Part shown: positions 53,462 to 61,498 of the stretch, one piece after another
Layout of the letters: each line of letters starts with the position of its first letter
Numbering within the stretch: the first letter of the stretch is position 1
Assembly: GCA_003141195.1 (NCBI GenBank)
Contig: PLLC01000024.1
Span: 26,238 to 90,237 of the forward strand
DNA from: Syntrophaceae bacterium
Lineage (GTDB): Bacteria > Desulfobacterota > Syntrophia > Syntrophales > UBA5619
Length of the DNA: 64,000 nt
Direction: 5' to 3'
Notes under the pieces: model-generated
Databases searched by the model: none
Seen by the model: only the letters and a program-made list of their open reading frames with translations
What the model was told of the DNA's origin: nothing
Position numbers and translations under genes: made by a program

Positions 53462-54559
53462 TCAGGCGGGGATCCCCAGGGTGATCTGGATGGGAAAACG
53501 CACATGCACCTTCTCGCCAACGGGGAAGGGCTGCTGGTTCCAGGGGTTCTGCACGTCGACCTTGAAGAGGGTCTCCGGATCCAGCTCGATGTCATAGCGG
53601 ATGGTGTTGCCGATATAGGAGGCAAAGCTCACCTTCCCGGCGATCAGGTTCATGTCGTCGCTCGATTCGTCGGAGTTGCAGATGGAGGCGACCTCGGGGC
53701 GGACGGTGACCTTGCAGGCATCTCCGGTCTTGAACCGGCCCTCATAGACGCATTTGATAAGACCGAAGCGGGTCTGTACGGCCATCCAGCCTTTCGCCTC
53801 CTGGATCTCCTTCACCTGGCCGGCGATCAGGTTGTTGATGCCGATGAAATCGGCCACAAAGGGGTTTTCCGGTCTTTGATAGAGGTCCCGGGGGGAACCG
53901 AGCTGCTGAAGCTTCCCGTGATCGATGACGGCGATGCGGTCCGAGAGAGTCAGCGCCTCTTCCTGATCGTGGGTCACATAGATGGCGGTGATGGCCAGAT
54001 CCTTCTGGAGCTTCCGGATTTCGGCGCGCACCTGCTGGCGGATCTTGGCATCCAGGTTGGAGAGGGGCTCGTCGAGCAGAAGCACGTCCGGGTTGAGAAC
54101 CAGGGCGCGCGCCAGGGCCACGCGCTGCTGCTGACCGCCCGAGAGCTGACCGGGATACCGCTTTTCGAGGCCCGTCAGATTGACCAGCGAGAAGGCGCGG
54201 TTTACCTTCTTTTTCATTTCCACGTGGGCCGTTTTCTTGATCTTGAGGCCGTAGGCCACATTGTCGAAGATGGTCATGTGCGGCCAGAGGGCATAGTTCT
54301 GAAAGACCATGCCGATGTTCCGTTCATAGGGGGGAATGGCCGAAACCTCTCGGTCGCCGAAGTAGATCTCTCCGCAATCGGGCTTGTGAAAGCCGCCGAT
54401 GAGACGGAGGATCGTCGTCTTGCCGCAACCCGAAGGACCCAGGAGCGTAAAGAGCTCGCCGTCCTGGATATCCAGGGACACGTGGCTAACCGCCTCCAGG
54501 GTTCCGAACCTTTTCACCATGTCTTTCAACTGGATGTTCATCGTTCGACCCTTATCCAT
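53462..54559 (-). CDS. ABC transporter ATP-binding protein, importer 3
   Basis: GPSGCGKTT, LSGGQQQRVALARAL, LLLDEPLSNLD. ATG 54559, or ATG 54541 (MNIQLKDMVKRFG). Confidence 0.9.
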   Translation of the reverse strand: MDKGRTMNIQLKDMVKRFGTLEAVSHVSLDIQDGELFTLLGPSGCGKTTILRLIGGFHKPDCGEIYFGDREVSAIPPYERNIGMVFQNYALWPHMTIFDNVAYGLKIKKTAHVEMKKKVNRAFSLVNLTGLEKRYPGQLSGGQQQRVALARALVLNPDVLLLDEPLSNLDAKIRQQVRAEIRKLQKDLAITAIYVTHDQEEALTLSDRIAVIDHGKLQQLGSPRDLYQRPENPFVADFIGINNLIAGQVKEIQEAKGWMAVQTRFGLIKCVYEGRFKTGDACKVTVRPEVASICNSDESSDDMNLIAGKVSFASYIGNTIRYDIELDPETLFKVDVQNPWNQQPFPVGEKVHVRFPIQITLGIPA

Positions 54560-54796
54560 CCAACCTTTTGGTTATTCCCACCGGTTATTCCCGCAAAAAC
54601 GGGAAGCCATGAATCCTCACCCCCATCGCCTCATCCGCCGGCTGCAATCCAGCCCCTGCCGCAGCCCTCCACCCGCACCGGAAGGCTGAGGGCCCTCCGG
54701 CGCGGGTGGCAGCATGAAGTTTGTATGAAGAACGGACCCAAGGAAACTCCCCAAAAATGATCGGGGAGCTTCCCGGCCTTGTCCGTGACTTGAATG

Positions 54797-55921
54797 CTAT
54801 TTCTTGATGATTTCCTTGTACTTCTCGGCGATCTCCTTACGGAAGTAGGAGTTGACCTCCTCGTTCCGCTTTTTCTCGCCGGCGACATCGGGGTCGTAAA
54901 TATTGCCGACCTGGATGTCATAGAAAGAGCGGATGCCGGCCGTGAACTGGACCGCCTTCTCCGCGTCGGAGCCGGCCGCCCCCTGCACCTTGTATTTGGA
55001 CGTAATGGGATAGAGACCGCGACTCATGAAGATCCTCTGCCCTTCCTCGGTCAGGAGGAACTCGATGAAGGCATGGGCCGCCTTGGGGTGGGGGGCGCCC
55101 TTGAGCACCGCCATCGGCTCGGGGGTCACGTAGGCGTTCTTGGGGTAAACAAACATCAAGTCATAGCCGCCGAGAACTTCGGCAAAGGCCATATAACTGG
55201 GGACCGCCACACCGACGGCGAACTCACCTTTGGCCACCACGCTCGGCACGTCGCGGGAACGGGCCGTGAAGATTCCCGTGTTGGCCGCCAGTTTGGTCAG
55301 CCAGTCCCATCCCTTTTCCCAGCCGTACATGGCCAGGATCACCTCGTAGCTCGCATGGCTCGAGCTCGACCGGTCCGGCGTGCACTGGGCAATCTGGCCT
55401 TTCAGTTTGGGATTGAGCAGATCGTTCCAGTCCTTGATCTCGACGCCGAGCCGTTTGAGCAGCTTCGGCTGATAGATCAGACCGTAGGGTTCGAGCATGG
55501 TTCCCACCCAGTACCCTTTGGCATCCTTCAGGGGAAGCCCGACGGGCTTGCCGATGGTGGCCGGGATCTCGTCCCACATCGCCTTGGGGATGGTCACCTT
55601 GTCCAGGAGACCCTGATCGGCCAGCAGGTCGAACAGGGTTCCCTCGCCGCCCCAGAAGACGTCCGCCTGAGGCTTCCCTTTCCACTCAACGATCTGGCCA
55701 TAAGCGACCGGCGTACCCTGCGGCATGGCGCTGGTCTTGAGATCCACGTTATACTTCTTCTTCACAAAGTCCGCGAAGGCCTTCAGGGCCGGATCATGGA
55801 CGTCCTTGGAGACCGGGGTAATGAGATAAAACTCATTTTCGATCGCCTGGGCGAAACTGATCCCTGTCAGACAGAAGAAACCCATGACCGTTAGGGCAAT
55901 GACCACTGCAAAACGTTTCAT
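54797..55921 (-). CDS. ABC transporter periplasmic substrate-binding protein, importer 3
   Basis: ATG 55921 with AAGGAGG RBS (track ORF to 55972). Signal peptide MKRFAVVIALTVMGFFCLTGISFAQA. Confidence 0.85.
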   Translation of the reverse strand: MKRFAVVIALTVMGFFCLTGISFAQAIENEFYLITPVSKDVHDPALKAFADFVKKKYNVDLKTSAMPQGTPVAYGQIVEWKGKPQADVFWGGEGTLFDLLADQGLLDKVTIPKAMWDEIPATIGKPVGLPLKDAKGYWVGTMLEPYGLIYQPKLLKRLGVEIKDWNDLLNPKLKGQIAQCTPDRSSSSHASYEVILAMYGWEKGWDWLTKLAANTGIFTARSRDVPSVVAKGEFAVGVAVPSYMAFAEVLGGYDLMFVYPKNAYVTPEPMAVLKGAPHPKAAHAFIEFLLTEEGQRIFMSRGLYPITSKYKVQGAAGSDAEKAVQFTAGIRSFYDIQVGNIYDPDVAGEKKRNEEVNSYFRKEIAEKYKEIIKK

Positions 55922-56397
55922 GATATCTACCTCCTTATTTATGGTTGCTGCCTTGAACATCTTGAACATCACTTTCCCCTCTTAGGTTGAGGGGTTCTCA
56001 TAGAAATTCAGATATTTCCGAACCTTTTTTGCTGTCCGGTTTTCACCAATGCGACATAACCCCAAAAAGAAAAAAATGTCAAGCGAAACCGGTCCGGACG
56101 ATGTGATGTCCGTCGTCTTCCTCGGCGCTTCAAAATTCGCGGCGCGGCTCTTCGACAATTATCTCCAAATAATCTTAATTTTGACATGATATGCGGAAAA
56201 GAAAAAAATGGTTGCGTTATGTTTGTCAAGAGATTTATAGATATTCCGCCGTATTTAAAATGGGATAGAGGGATCCGGCATTCCATGAGTGCTAAGGATA
56301 CGATTGCACAGTTAAGGTCTGGAGTCCTGAATATGCTCCCGAGTGGTGGAGATATACGGAAACTATAAAATAACTTGTTAGACGATGATAAAACAAT

Positions 56398-57186
56398 ATG
56401 GGAGAAGACATGAATAAATGCAATAAATGCGGCAAAGATGTCGATTACTCTTTTAGATATTGTCCATCGTGTGGCGGTCAGCTTTACGTTTCGCTGGACG
56501 CATCGAATGCAAAGCCAGAGATGTTCATAGATTTATTCAACTCGTTATATAATCTTTTGGCAGATAAAAATAATGATAGACGGTCTAAATACTTACCTAT
56601 TCTTAGCGAAAACATCATCGCAAGAAGATGTAAGCTTGAATACGAAGATGATTATCGAGACATGATACAAAACCTAGGTATGAAATTTGTCCCGCCCGAT
56701 GCCACCACGTATATGTATTATTTATCTCTCACAAACACGCTTGCGGGATATACTTATCGTTCTATAGAGGAGTTAATTGTAAAAAGAAAAAGTGAGATGT
56801 TATCGGAAACAGAAAAGCATCAATTAATGTCTTCATTATTCAAAGAGGCTGAGCACGATTTAAAAAATTCCTGTTATAAAGCCCTGGATCCAGTTAATTT
56901 TGTAGACAATAGAGTCCTGTTTTGTTTGTCAGTGAGATGGAAGAATGGCCAATTGAAGTATCTGCTTGCCGACGATATATATCAGCGTGAATGGTTCTTC
57001 AATATTTTGTCGCAAAACATCGCAAAGAGCATGAAATATCATGAGAAAATATTTAAGATTCTCATACCGTGTGCGGATGTGACGGCAATCGTCAATAGGA
57101 AGCGGGAAGCGATAGAGCAGAGTGCAGAACAGGACCTCTTATTCGGCTATATTGTAAAACTGTGCGAGTCCCTGAGCCCCTATTGA
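56398..57186 (+). CDS. hypothetical protein with N-terminal zinc ribbon (cassette 1, AT-rich)
   Basis: CNKCGK-x11-CPSCGG motif. ATG 56398, or 56410 (GGGAGAAG upstream). Region is about one-third G+C (20/60 in 56401-56460). Confidence 0.6.
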   Translation: MGEDMNKCNKCGKDVDYSFRYCPSCGGQLYVSLDASNAKPEMFIDLFNSLYNLLADKNNDRRSKYLPILSENIIARRCKLEYEDDYRDMIQNLGMKFVPPDATTYMYYLSLTNTLAGYTYRSIEELIVKRKSEMLSETEKHQLMSSLFKEAEHDLKNSCYKALDPVNFVDNRVLFCLSVRWKNGQLKYLLADDIYQREWFFNILSQNIAKSMKYHEKIFKILIPCADVTAIVNRKREAIEQSAEQDLLFGYIVKLCESLSPY

Positions 57187-57217
57187 AACCAAGAAAAGAC
57201 AATAAATTGAAAGGAAT

Positions 57218-57304
57218 GACTAACCAGACAATCAACCCGACCGAGAATTCCATCCGTGCAAACAGCCACACCCCGTGGCCCGGCGGGTTATCTCTACGTT
57301 AGAG
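57218..57304 (+). repeat. attC-like site 1 (87 bp) GACTAAC...GTTAGAG
   Basis: Arms 57220-57243 and 57281-57302 pair as CTAAC, AGA, A, AACCCG and CCG with bulges. The next ORF starts 13 nt after the GTTAGAG core. Confidence 0.55.
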
Positions 57305-57317
57305 GAAAAGGTACGAC

Positions 57318-58133
57318 GTGCAAGAGTCAGAATATCGAAGCTTATTGAAGATCCTCATTGACGTGGCCGACGAGAACAAGGGAACAGCGGCTGGTGAGGA
57401 CGATCGAGTCCTGGACGCTGAGGGCTTGGCCCTTAAGTTCGTTTTTCATGCCGCGTCGGCCTTGTATCTGTACCGGAGCACGTCTCTCGCAGAGCTCGGC
57501 GCGAGTTTTTTCGACCCGGGATCGGTGAACGTCGTGTGTCGCGCTGCGCTAGAGACCTTCCTTGTTTTCCATTACCTGTTCGCTGAGCCGACGACCGACG
57601 ATGATCAGAACTGTCGCTACATGGCGTGGGTGTTAGCGAGGTATCTTGAGAGGCAACAATTCCCGGTCTGGTCAGCCGAAGGTAAAGCGGTTCTGGAACG
57701 CGAGGCGCAGCTCATCGCCCCCTTGACCGACAAGCTGAAGGGTAACGCTGTCTTCGCCGCCCTCTCGGCACGGCATCAGAAGATGCTACTGAAGGGGGAG
57801 TGGAGACTTCAGTACTGGACGGAAATCGGCCGATCCGCGGGCCTTCACGACATCCACGCGAAGGCGTTTTATGCGTACCTCTGCGGCTACGCTCATGCTG
57901 GAAACTTGAGCATCCTCCAGATACGACAAGCGAATACAGCGGCCTTACAGCGGTCCCTGTGCGCAAGCTCGATGACGCTTGTCTCGATTGCGATGGCGAA
58001 CATGGTAAAGGCGTACTGCGCGTTCTTCCCAAAGTCAATGGAACGCCTGAATCAGGAACCGGCCAGCGTCAGCCTTGTCGAAGTCTGGATCGGAGTCGGC
58101 CGCTCGGCACCCGAAGACATCCTCAACGAATGA
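57318..58133 (+). CDS. hypothetical all-helical protein (cassette 2)
   Basis: 271 aa, GTG start with GAGGAAAAGG upstream. No family recognised. Confidence 0.6.
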   Translation: MQESEYRSLLKILIDVADENKGTAAGEDDRVLDAEGLALKFVFHAASALYLYRSTSLAELGASFFDPGSVNVVCRAALETFLVFHYLFAEPTTDDDQNCRYMAWVLARYLERQQFPVWSAEGKAVLEREAQLIAPLTDKLKGNAVFAALSARHQKMLLKGEWRLQYWTEIGRSAGLHDIHAKAFYAYLCGYAHAGNLSILQIRQANTAALQRSLCASSMTLVSIAMANMVKAYCAFFPKSMERLNQEPASVSLVEVWIGVGRSAPEDILNE

Positions 58134-58140
58134 CAGCGGC

Positions 58141-58199
58141 GGCTAACAAATCAATCCAGCGGATGCGGTAAACCGCCCCGCTGATTTCAGGAGTTAGGA
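58141..58199 (+). repeat. attC-like site 2 (59 bp) GGCTAAC...GTTAGGA
   Basis: Starts 8 nt after the stop codon. CTAAC/GTTAG and CAGCGG/CCGCTG pairings with an unpaired middle and a small central hairpin GCGG-taaa-CCGC. Confidence 0.55.
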
Positions 58200-58218
58200 C
58201 CCGAAAGTCCTGAAGGGT

Positions 58219-58959
58219 GTGTTGCCTGTGAACCGTTTTGCCGCATACTCTATGATGGCTATGGCTATCCTCATCGGCGGGGGGTCGCTCCTTCTTTTCG
58301 GAGTATTTCTGGTCATCGGGCCCATCACCATAGTCCGTTTTTGTGCCACGGAACACCAGGCACTCCTGTGGAACGGATTGCTGTCCGTCCTATTCTTCAT
58401 TCAGCATAGCGGAATGATACGGCAGTCGTTTCGTACCTGGCTCTCTTCCGTTATACCCAGCCATTACCACCCGGCAACCTACGCCATCGCATCCGGCATA
58501 GCACTGACAGCCGCGGTGCTCCTTTGGCAACCGTCCCAAACGGTTCTCTATCAGGCTGAGGGCCTGCTTCGCTTGCTGACACGCGCTGTCTCCGTATTTG
58601 CCATTGTGGGCTTCTCGTGGGGGGTGCGGGCCCTCGGAAACTTTGACACCTTTGGTCTAAATCCCATCAGGGCTTATCTGCGCGGCAAGCAACTCCGAGC
58701 ACCAAATGTCATCGTCCGCGGTCCATATCTCTGGGTCCGCCATCCCCTCTATTTTTTCATGCTCGTTCTCATCTGGTCATTACCCGACGTAAGTTTGGAC
58801 CGCTTGCTTTTCAATGTGCTTTGGACCCTCTGGGTTGTTCTCGGCACGTACCTTGAGGAAAAAGATCTTGTCGCTGAGTTTGGTGAAAAGTACCGTCACT
58901 ACCAAAAGACCGTCCCGATGCTTTTCCCGTGGCGGTTTCCCCGAGGCTCCAAGCTGTGA
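58219..58959 (+). CDS. ICMT/PEMT-like membrane methyltransferase family protein (cassette 3)
   Basis: 246 aa, multiple TM helices. C-terminal RGPYLWVRHPLYFF...LEEKDLVAEFGEKYRHYQKTVPMLFP matches the isoprenylcysteine carboxyl methyltransferase-like signature. Alternative start ATG 58252. Confidence 0.65.
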   Translation: MLPVNRFAAYSMMAMAILIGGGSLLLFGVFLVIGPITIVRFCATEHQALLWNGLLSVLFFIQHSGMIRQSFRTWLSSVIPSHYHPATYAIASGIALTAAVLLWQPSQTVLYQAEGLLRLLTRAVSVFAIVGFSWGVRALGNFDTFGLNPIRAYLRGKQLRAPNVIVRGPYLWVRHPLYFFMLVLIWSLPDVSLDRLLFNVLWTLWVVLGTYLEEKDLVAEFGEKYRHYQKTVPMLFPWRFPRGSKL

Positions 58960-59013
58960 AATGCATGGTGGTCGCCTCCGGGGTGTTCACGCGCCTGACA
59001 AGGCGCTCAAGAG

Positions 59014-59071
59014 GGGCAACCACGGGGCAAGTTCACCGGTTTTGTCCGAAAGACCGTGGCCGTGGTTGCTC
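59014..59071 (+). repeat. attC-like site 3 (58 bp) GGGCAAC...GTTGCTC
   Basis: Perfect 10-bp arms GCAACCACGG (59016-59025) and CCGTGGTTGC (59060-59069). The cores deviate more from consensus than at the other sites. Confidence 0.4.
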
Positions 59072-59105
59072 ACGGGTTATCGGCACAGTATGAGCAAAGG
59101 AGAAA

Positions 59106-59618
59106 ATGAAATACGTGACTGACAGCATGAGGCCGGAAGACTGGGAACAAGTCCGTTCGATCTATCTCGAAGGCATTAGCACGGGCAATTCCACATTCGA
59201 GGCCGATGCTCCCGATTGGGGCAAATGGGATTCCGCTCACCTATCTGAGCATAGGTTGGTCATCAGGGCAGGTAATAGCGTTCTGGCATGGGCCGCACTC
59301 AGCCCCGTGTCCGGTCGCTGTGTCTACTCAGGGGTGGCGGAACTCAGTCTGTATGTAGCAGCCGGGCATAGAGGCAAAGGCATAGGGTCGGCCCTTCTTG
59401 GGGCCTTGATAGACTCATCGGAAAAGGCGGGGATATGGACGCTGCAAGGCGGTATCTTCCCCGAGAACGCAGCGAGCCGCGGTATGGTTAGAAAACATGG
59501 ATTCAGGGAAATCGGAAGACGTGAAAAGATAGGCAAGATGACTCACGGCAACCTTGCCGGAACCTGGCGAGATGTTATCTTGGTGGAACGACGAAGCGCA
59601 GTCACGGGCATAGACTGA
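59106..59618 (+). CDS. GNAT acetyltransferase, phosphinothricin/methionine-sulfoximine N-acetyltransferase-like (cassette 4)
   Basis: 170 aa with AAAGGAG RBS. YLEGI.TGN.TFE...P.W..W and AELSLYV...HRGKGIG pattern of PAT-type GNATs. Confidence 0.75.
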   Translation: MKYVTDSMRPEDWEQVRSIYLEGISTGNSTFEADAPDWGKWDSAHLSEHRLVIRAGNSVLAWAALSPVSGRCVYSGVAELSLYVAAGHRGKGIGSALLGALIDSSEKAGIWTLQGGIFPENAASRGMVRKHGFREIGRREKIGKMTHGNLAGTWRDVILVERRSAVTGID

Positions 59619-59623
59619 AGATC

Positions 59624-59686
59624 TCATAACCATCGGCTGCATCTGATCTCCCGGAAAGCGGGCTCCAGGTGAGCCGTATGTTGGCC
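59624..59686 (+). repeat. attC-like site 4 (63 bp) TCATAAC...GTTGGCC
   Basis: AAC(C)AT-CGGCT pairs with AGCCG(T)AT-GTT with single-base bulges on both arms. Central hairpin CCCG-gaaa-CGGG. Confidence 0.5.
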
Positions 59687-59706
59687 GAATAGAGACAGGA
59701 GTGACT

Positions 59707-60204
59707 ATGGAGTTGGTGGAAAACAGTCCGCTCGATACAGGTAAGATCGCCTCCCTCATATCGACCAGGGATGACATGTTCCTCGTGTGGCCTATCGCTA
59801 AATGGCCATTCGACCACCGACAGTGGGCGGAGGCGCTTGATCCTGGAAAGGGAAACGTTTCTTTCATCATCCGCGAAGGAGGCAAACCAGTAGGACATGC
59901 CGCGCTTCTAAACAAGGGGGTGCCGGACACCTGTATGGTCTCATTCCTGTATCTGCTCCCCGAGTATAGGTCCCAAGGCTTGGGGCGTCGTATGGTTGCT
60001 GCATTGGAAGACTACGCCATACACACGTTTGGCGCGAAGAGGTTGCGCCTCGTCGTGCGCGACTACAATTCCCGAGCCCTCAAATGCTATCTGCATTGTG
60101 GATTCAAGGAAACCGGACGGGATGGCACTCTAATAACCATGGAGAAGGATTTGCAGGAGGGAATTGCAGGAGGCCAACCAGCGGGTGCAGGCGATGCTTT
60201 ATAG
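59707..60204 (+). CDS. GNAT-family N-acetyltransferase (cassette 5)
   Basis: ATG 59707 with AGGAG 6 nt upstream (track GTG 59701). Acetyl-CoA motif LPEYRSQGLGRRMV. Confidence 0.8.
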   Translation: MELVENSPLDTGKIASLISTRDDMFLVWPIAKWPFDHRQWAEALDPGKGNVSFIIREGGKPVGHAALLNKGVPDTCMVSFLYLLPEYRSQGLGRRMVAALEDYAIHTFGAKRLRLVVRDYNSRALKCYLHCGFKETGRDGTLITMEKDLQEGIAGGQPAGAGDAL

Positions 60205-60228
60205 TGCGCCTGACCTGCGTCGTTAGAT
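60172..60228 (+). repeat. attC-like site 5 (57 bp) GGCCAAC...GTTAGAT, overlapping the 3' end of the GNAT gene
   Basis: Consensus R' core GTTAGAT at 60222-60228. Internal hairpin CAGGCG (60188-60193)/CGCCTG (60207-60212). Confidence 0.5.
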
Positions 60229-60263
60229 GAACTTGATTAGCCATTTAAAACGAAGGAGGCGTT

Positions 60264-60500
60264 ATGAAAATTTTTATTGAATATTGTGTTGCTTGAAACT
60301 TTCTTCCTCAAGCTTCCCGGGTGGAAGAAGAATTGAAGACAAATTATCCTGATTCAAATATTAAATTGATCGAAGGCGGAGGCGGTATTTTCGATGTAAA
60401 GTGTAACGGCAAGTTGATTTACTCTAAACAGAATATTGAAGGACAGCGATTTCCCAATGAGGGAGAAATCACCAGGTTGATCCAACAAGAGATGGGCTGA
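60264..60500 (+). CDS. SelW/Rdx-family selenoprotein (78 aa) with in-frame UGA-Sec at codon 11 (cassette 6)
   Basis: GAAGGAGG RBS 4 nt upstream of ATG 60264. Translation MKIFIEYCVA-U-NFLPQASRVEEELKTNYPDSNIKLIEGGGGIFDVKCNGKLIYSKQNIEGQRFPNEGEITRLIQQEMG*. CxxU redox motif and G..G.F.V...G.L..SK....RFP pattern of the Rdx family. Hairpin 4 nt after the UGA. Missed by the ORF track because of the TGA at 60294-60296. Confidence 0.7.
60301..60329 (+). promoter_or_regulatory. candidate bacterial SECIS hairpin
   Basis: TTCTTCC (60301-60307) pairs with GGAAGAA (60323-60329). The 15-nt loop contains GGG. Begins 4 nt downstream of the in-frame UGA. Confidence 0.5.
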
Positions 60501-60598
60501 CTTTTAACGGAAATAGGCAAAAGGGTCGCCTTTAACATTTGAATTTTGGTTGAAACAAATGGGGGTAATTATAGTAAACTCTATAATGACAATGAGTT

Positions 60599-60661
60599 GC
60601 CTAACTATGCCATGCATCGAATCGGCCATAAAGCGGCCTCTCGCTGAGCTTTGTGTTAGCC
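60599..60661 (+). repeat. attC-like site 6 (63 bp) GCCTAAC...GTTAGCC
   Basis: Consensus R'' core GCCTAAC. Internal pairing is weaker (GGCC/GGCC and CGA segments). The next ORF starts 22 nt after the core. Confidence 0.4.
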
Positions 60662-60683
60662 GTGTAGGTCGGAGAGCAGAGGA

Positions 60684-61334
60684 ATGAGGGGGCAGTCCGA
60701 GAAGCCGACAACCATCATCGCAGTTCGCCACGGTGAGACCGAATGGAACCGTGTCGGTCGCCAACAAGGTCATCTCGACAGTCCGCTCACACCGCTCGGC
60801 AAGCAGCAAGCTCTGTCGATGGCCGACGCACTATCCAGCAGGTCTGTGCAGTTGCTCTACTCCAGCGACCTCGGCAGAGCTCAGGAAACCGCCACGATTA
60901 TTGCGGCGCGGCTGAACCTGCAGGTTCGCACGGATGCGCGCCTGCGTGAACGAAATCTGGGGATACTGGAAGGCCAGACAATGTCTCAGTTTCGCGAGAA
61001 GCATCCGCCGGAAGCCGCCTCGCTTGCTTCGGGGGACCCGGATTTCGCGTTGCCGTGCGGAGAGAGTGCACGCCAGAGGTTTGTGAGGAATGTCGAATGT
61101 GTGGAGGAAATCGCACGCAAGCATGCTGGCAATACGGTCTTGGTTGTGGCACATGGTGGCGTACTAAACAGCTTCTTCCACAAGGCGGTGCAACTGCCGC
61201 TGGAAACCCGACGATCTTTTTCGCTATTCAACGCGGCAGTGAATGTGTTCACGGTTGCGGATTCGGGTTGGCGTCTGGAGACGTGGGGCGATGTCTCGCA
61301 TCTTCGAACAATCCCAACGCTTGATGACGCATAG
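60684..61334 (+). CDS. histidine phosphatase (phosphoglycerate mutase-like) family protein (cassette 7 or first post-array gene)
   Basis: 216 aa. RHGETEWN catalytic motif and a distal VVAHGG motif. Confidence 0.85.
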   Translation: MRGQSEKPTTIIAVRHGETEWNRVGRQQGHLDSPLTPLGKQQALSMADALSSRSVQLLYSSDLGRAQETATIIAARLNLQVRTDARLRERNLGILEGQTMSQFREKHPPEAASLASGDPDFALPCGESARQRFVRNVECVEEIARKHAGNTVLVVAHGGVLNSFFHKAVQLPLETRRSFSLFNAAVNVFTVADSGWRLETWGDVSHLRTIPTLDDA

Positions 61335-61417
61335 TCGGCAGAACGTTCACTTGTGCGGAACAGGGCTAACATGCGGGTGGAGCACGACAAAACGGGGGCA
61401 AAGTCGGTCAAAACCGT

Positions 61418-61460
61418 TTGACACCCCCCGGGGCATCCCTTATACTGCGGATCACGTGAT
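61418..61460 (+). promoter_or_regulatory. sigma70-like promoter TTGACA-N17-TATACT followed by perfect 10-bp palindrome ATCACGTGAT
   Basis: -35 at 61418-61423, -10 at 61441-61446, palindrome at 61451-61460 around the expected transcription start. NUDIX ATG at 61499. Confidence 0.5.
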
Positions 61461-61498
61461 GGGTCCCATCCGGGGGGTGGTCAGGAAATGAGCAACGA

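Larger units (their letters stand above)
56371..60661 (+). mobile_element. integron-type gene-cassette array lacking a visible integrase (CALIN-like): orphan GTTAGAC core plus six attC-like sites
   Basis: Same-strand short ORFs, each followed by a 57-87 bp imperfect inverted repeat bounded by RYYYAAC-like and GTTRRRY-like heptamers. Mosaic base composition between cassettes. Confidence 0.55.

Noticed and set aside
52937-54760. 607-aa plus-strand ORF
   Set aside because: It is antisense to the importer-3 permease and ATPase genes, with low-complexity composition, no RBS and no recognisable domains.
55922-56170. Possible TPP or other riboswitch in the leader of the ThiBPQ-like importer 3
   Set aside because: I found no CTGAGA/ACCTGA-type THI-box elements or other riboswitch cores on the minus strand, only small hairpins.
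61364-61422. Possible seventh attC (GGCTAAC...GTTTGAC, 59 bp) after the histidine phosphatase gene
   Set aside because: The two ends show no internal dyad pairing. The GTTTGAC end is better explained as part of a local hairpin (GTCAAA-accg-TTTGAC) and the TTGACA -35 box of the NUDIX promoter. I left it out of the array.
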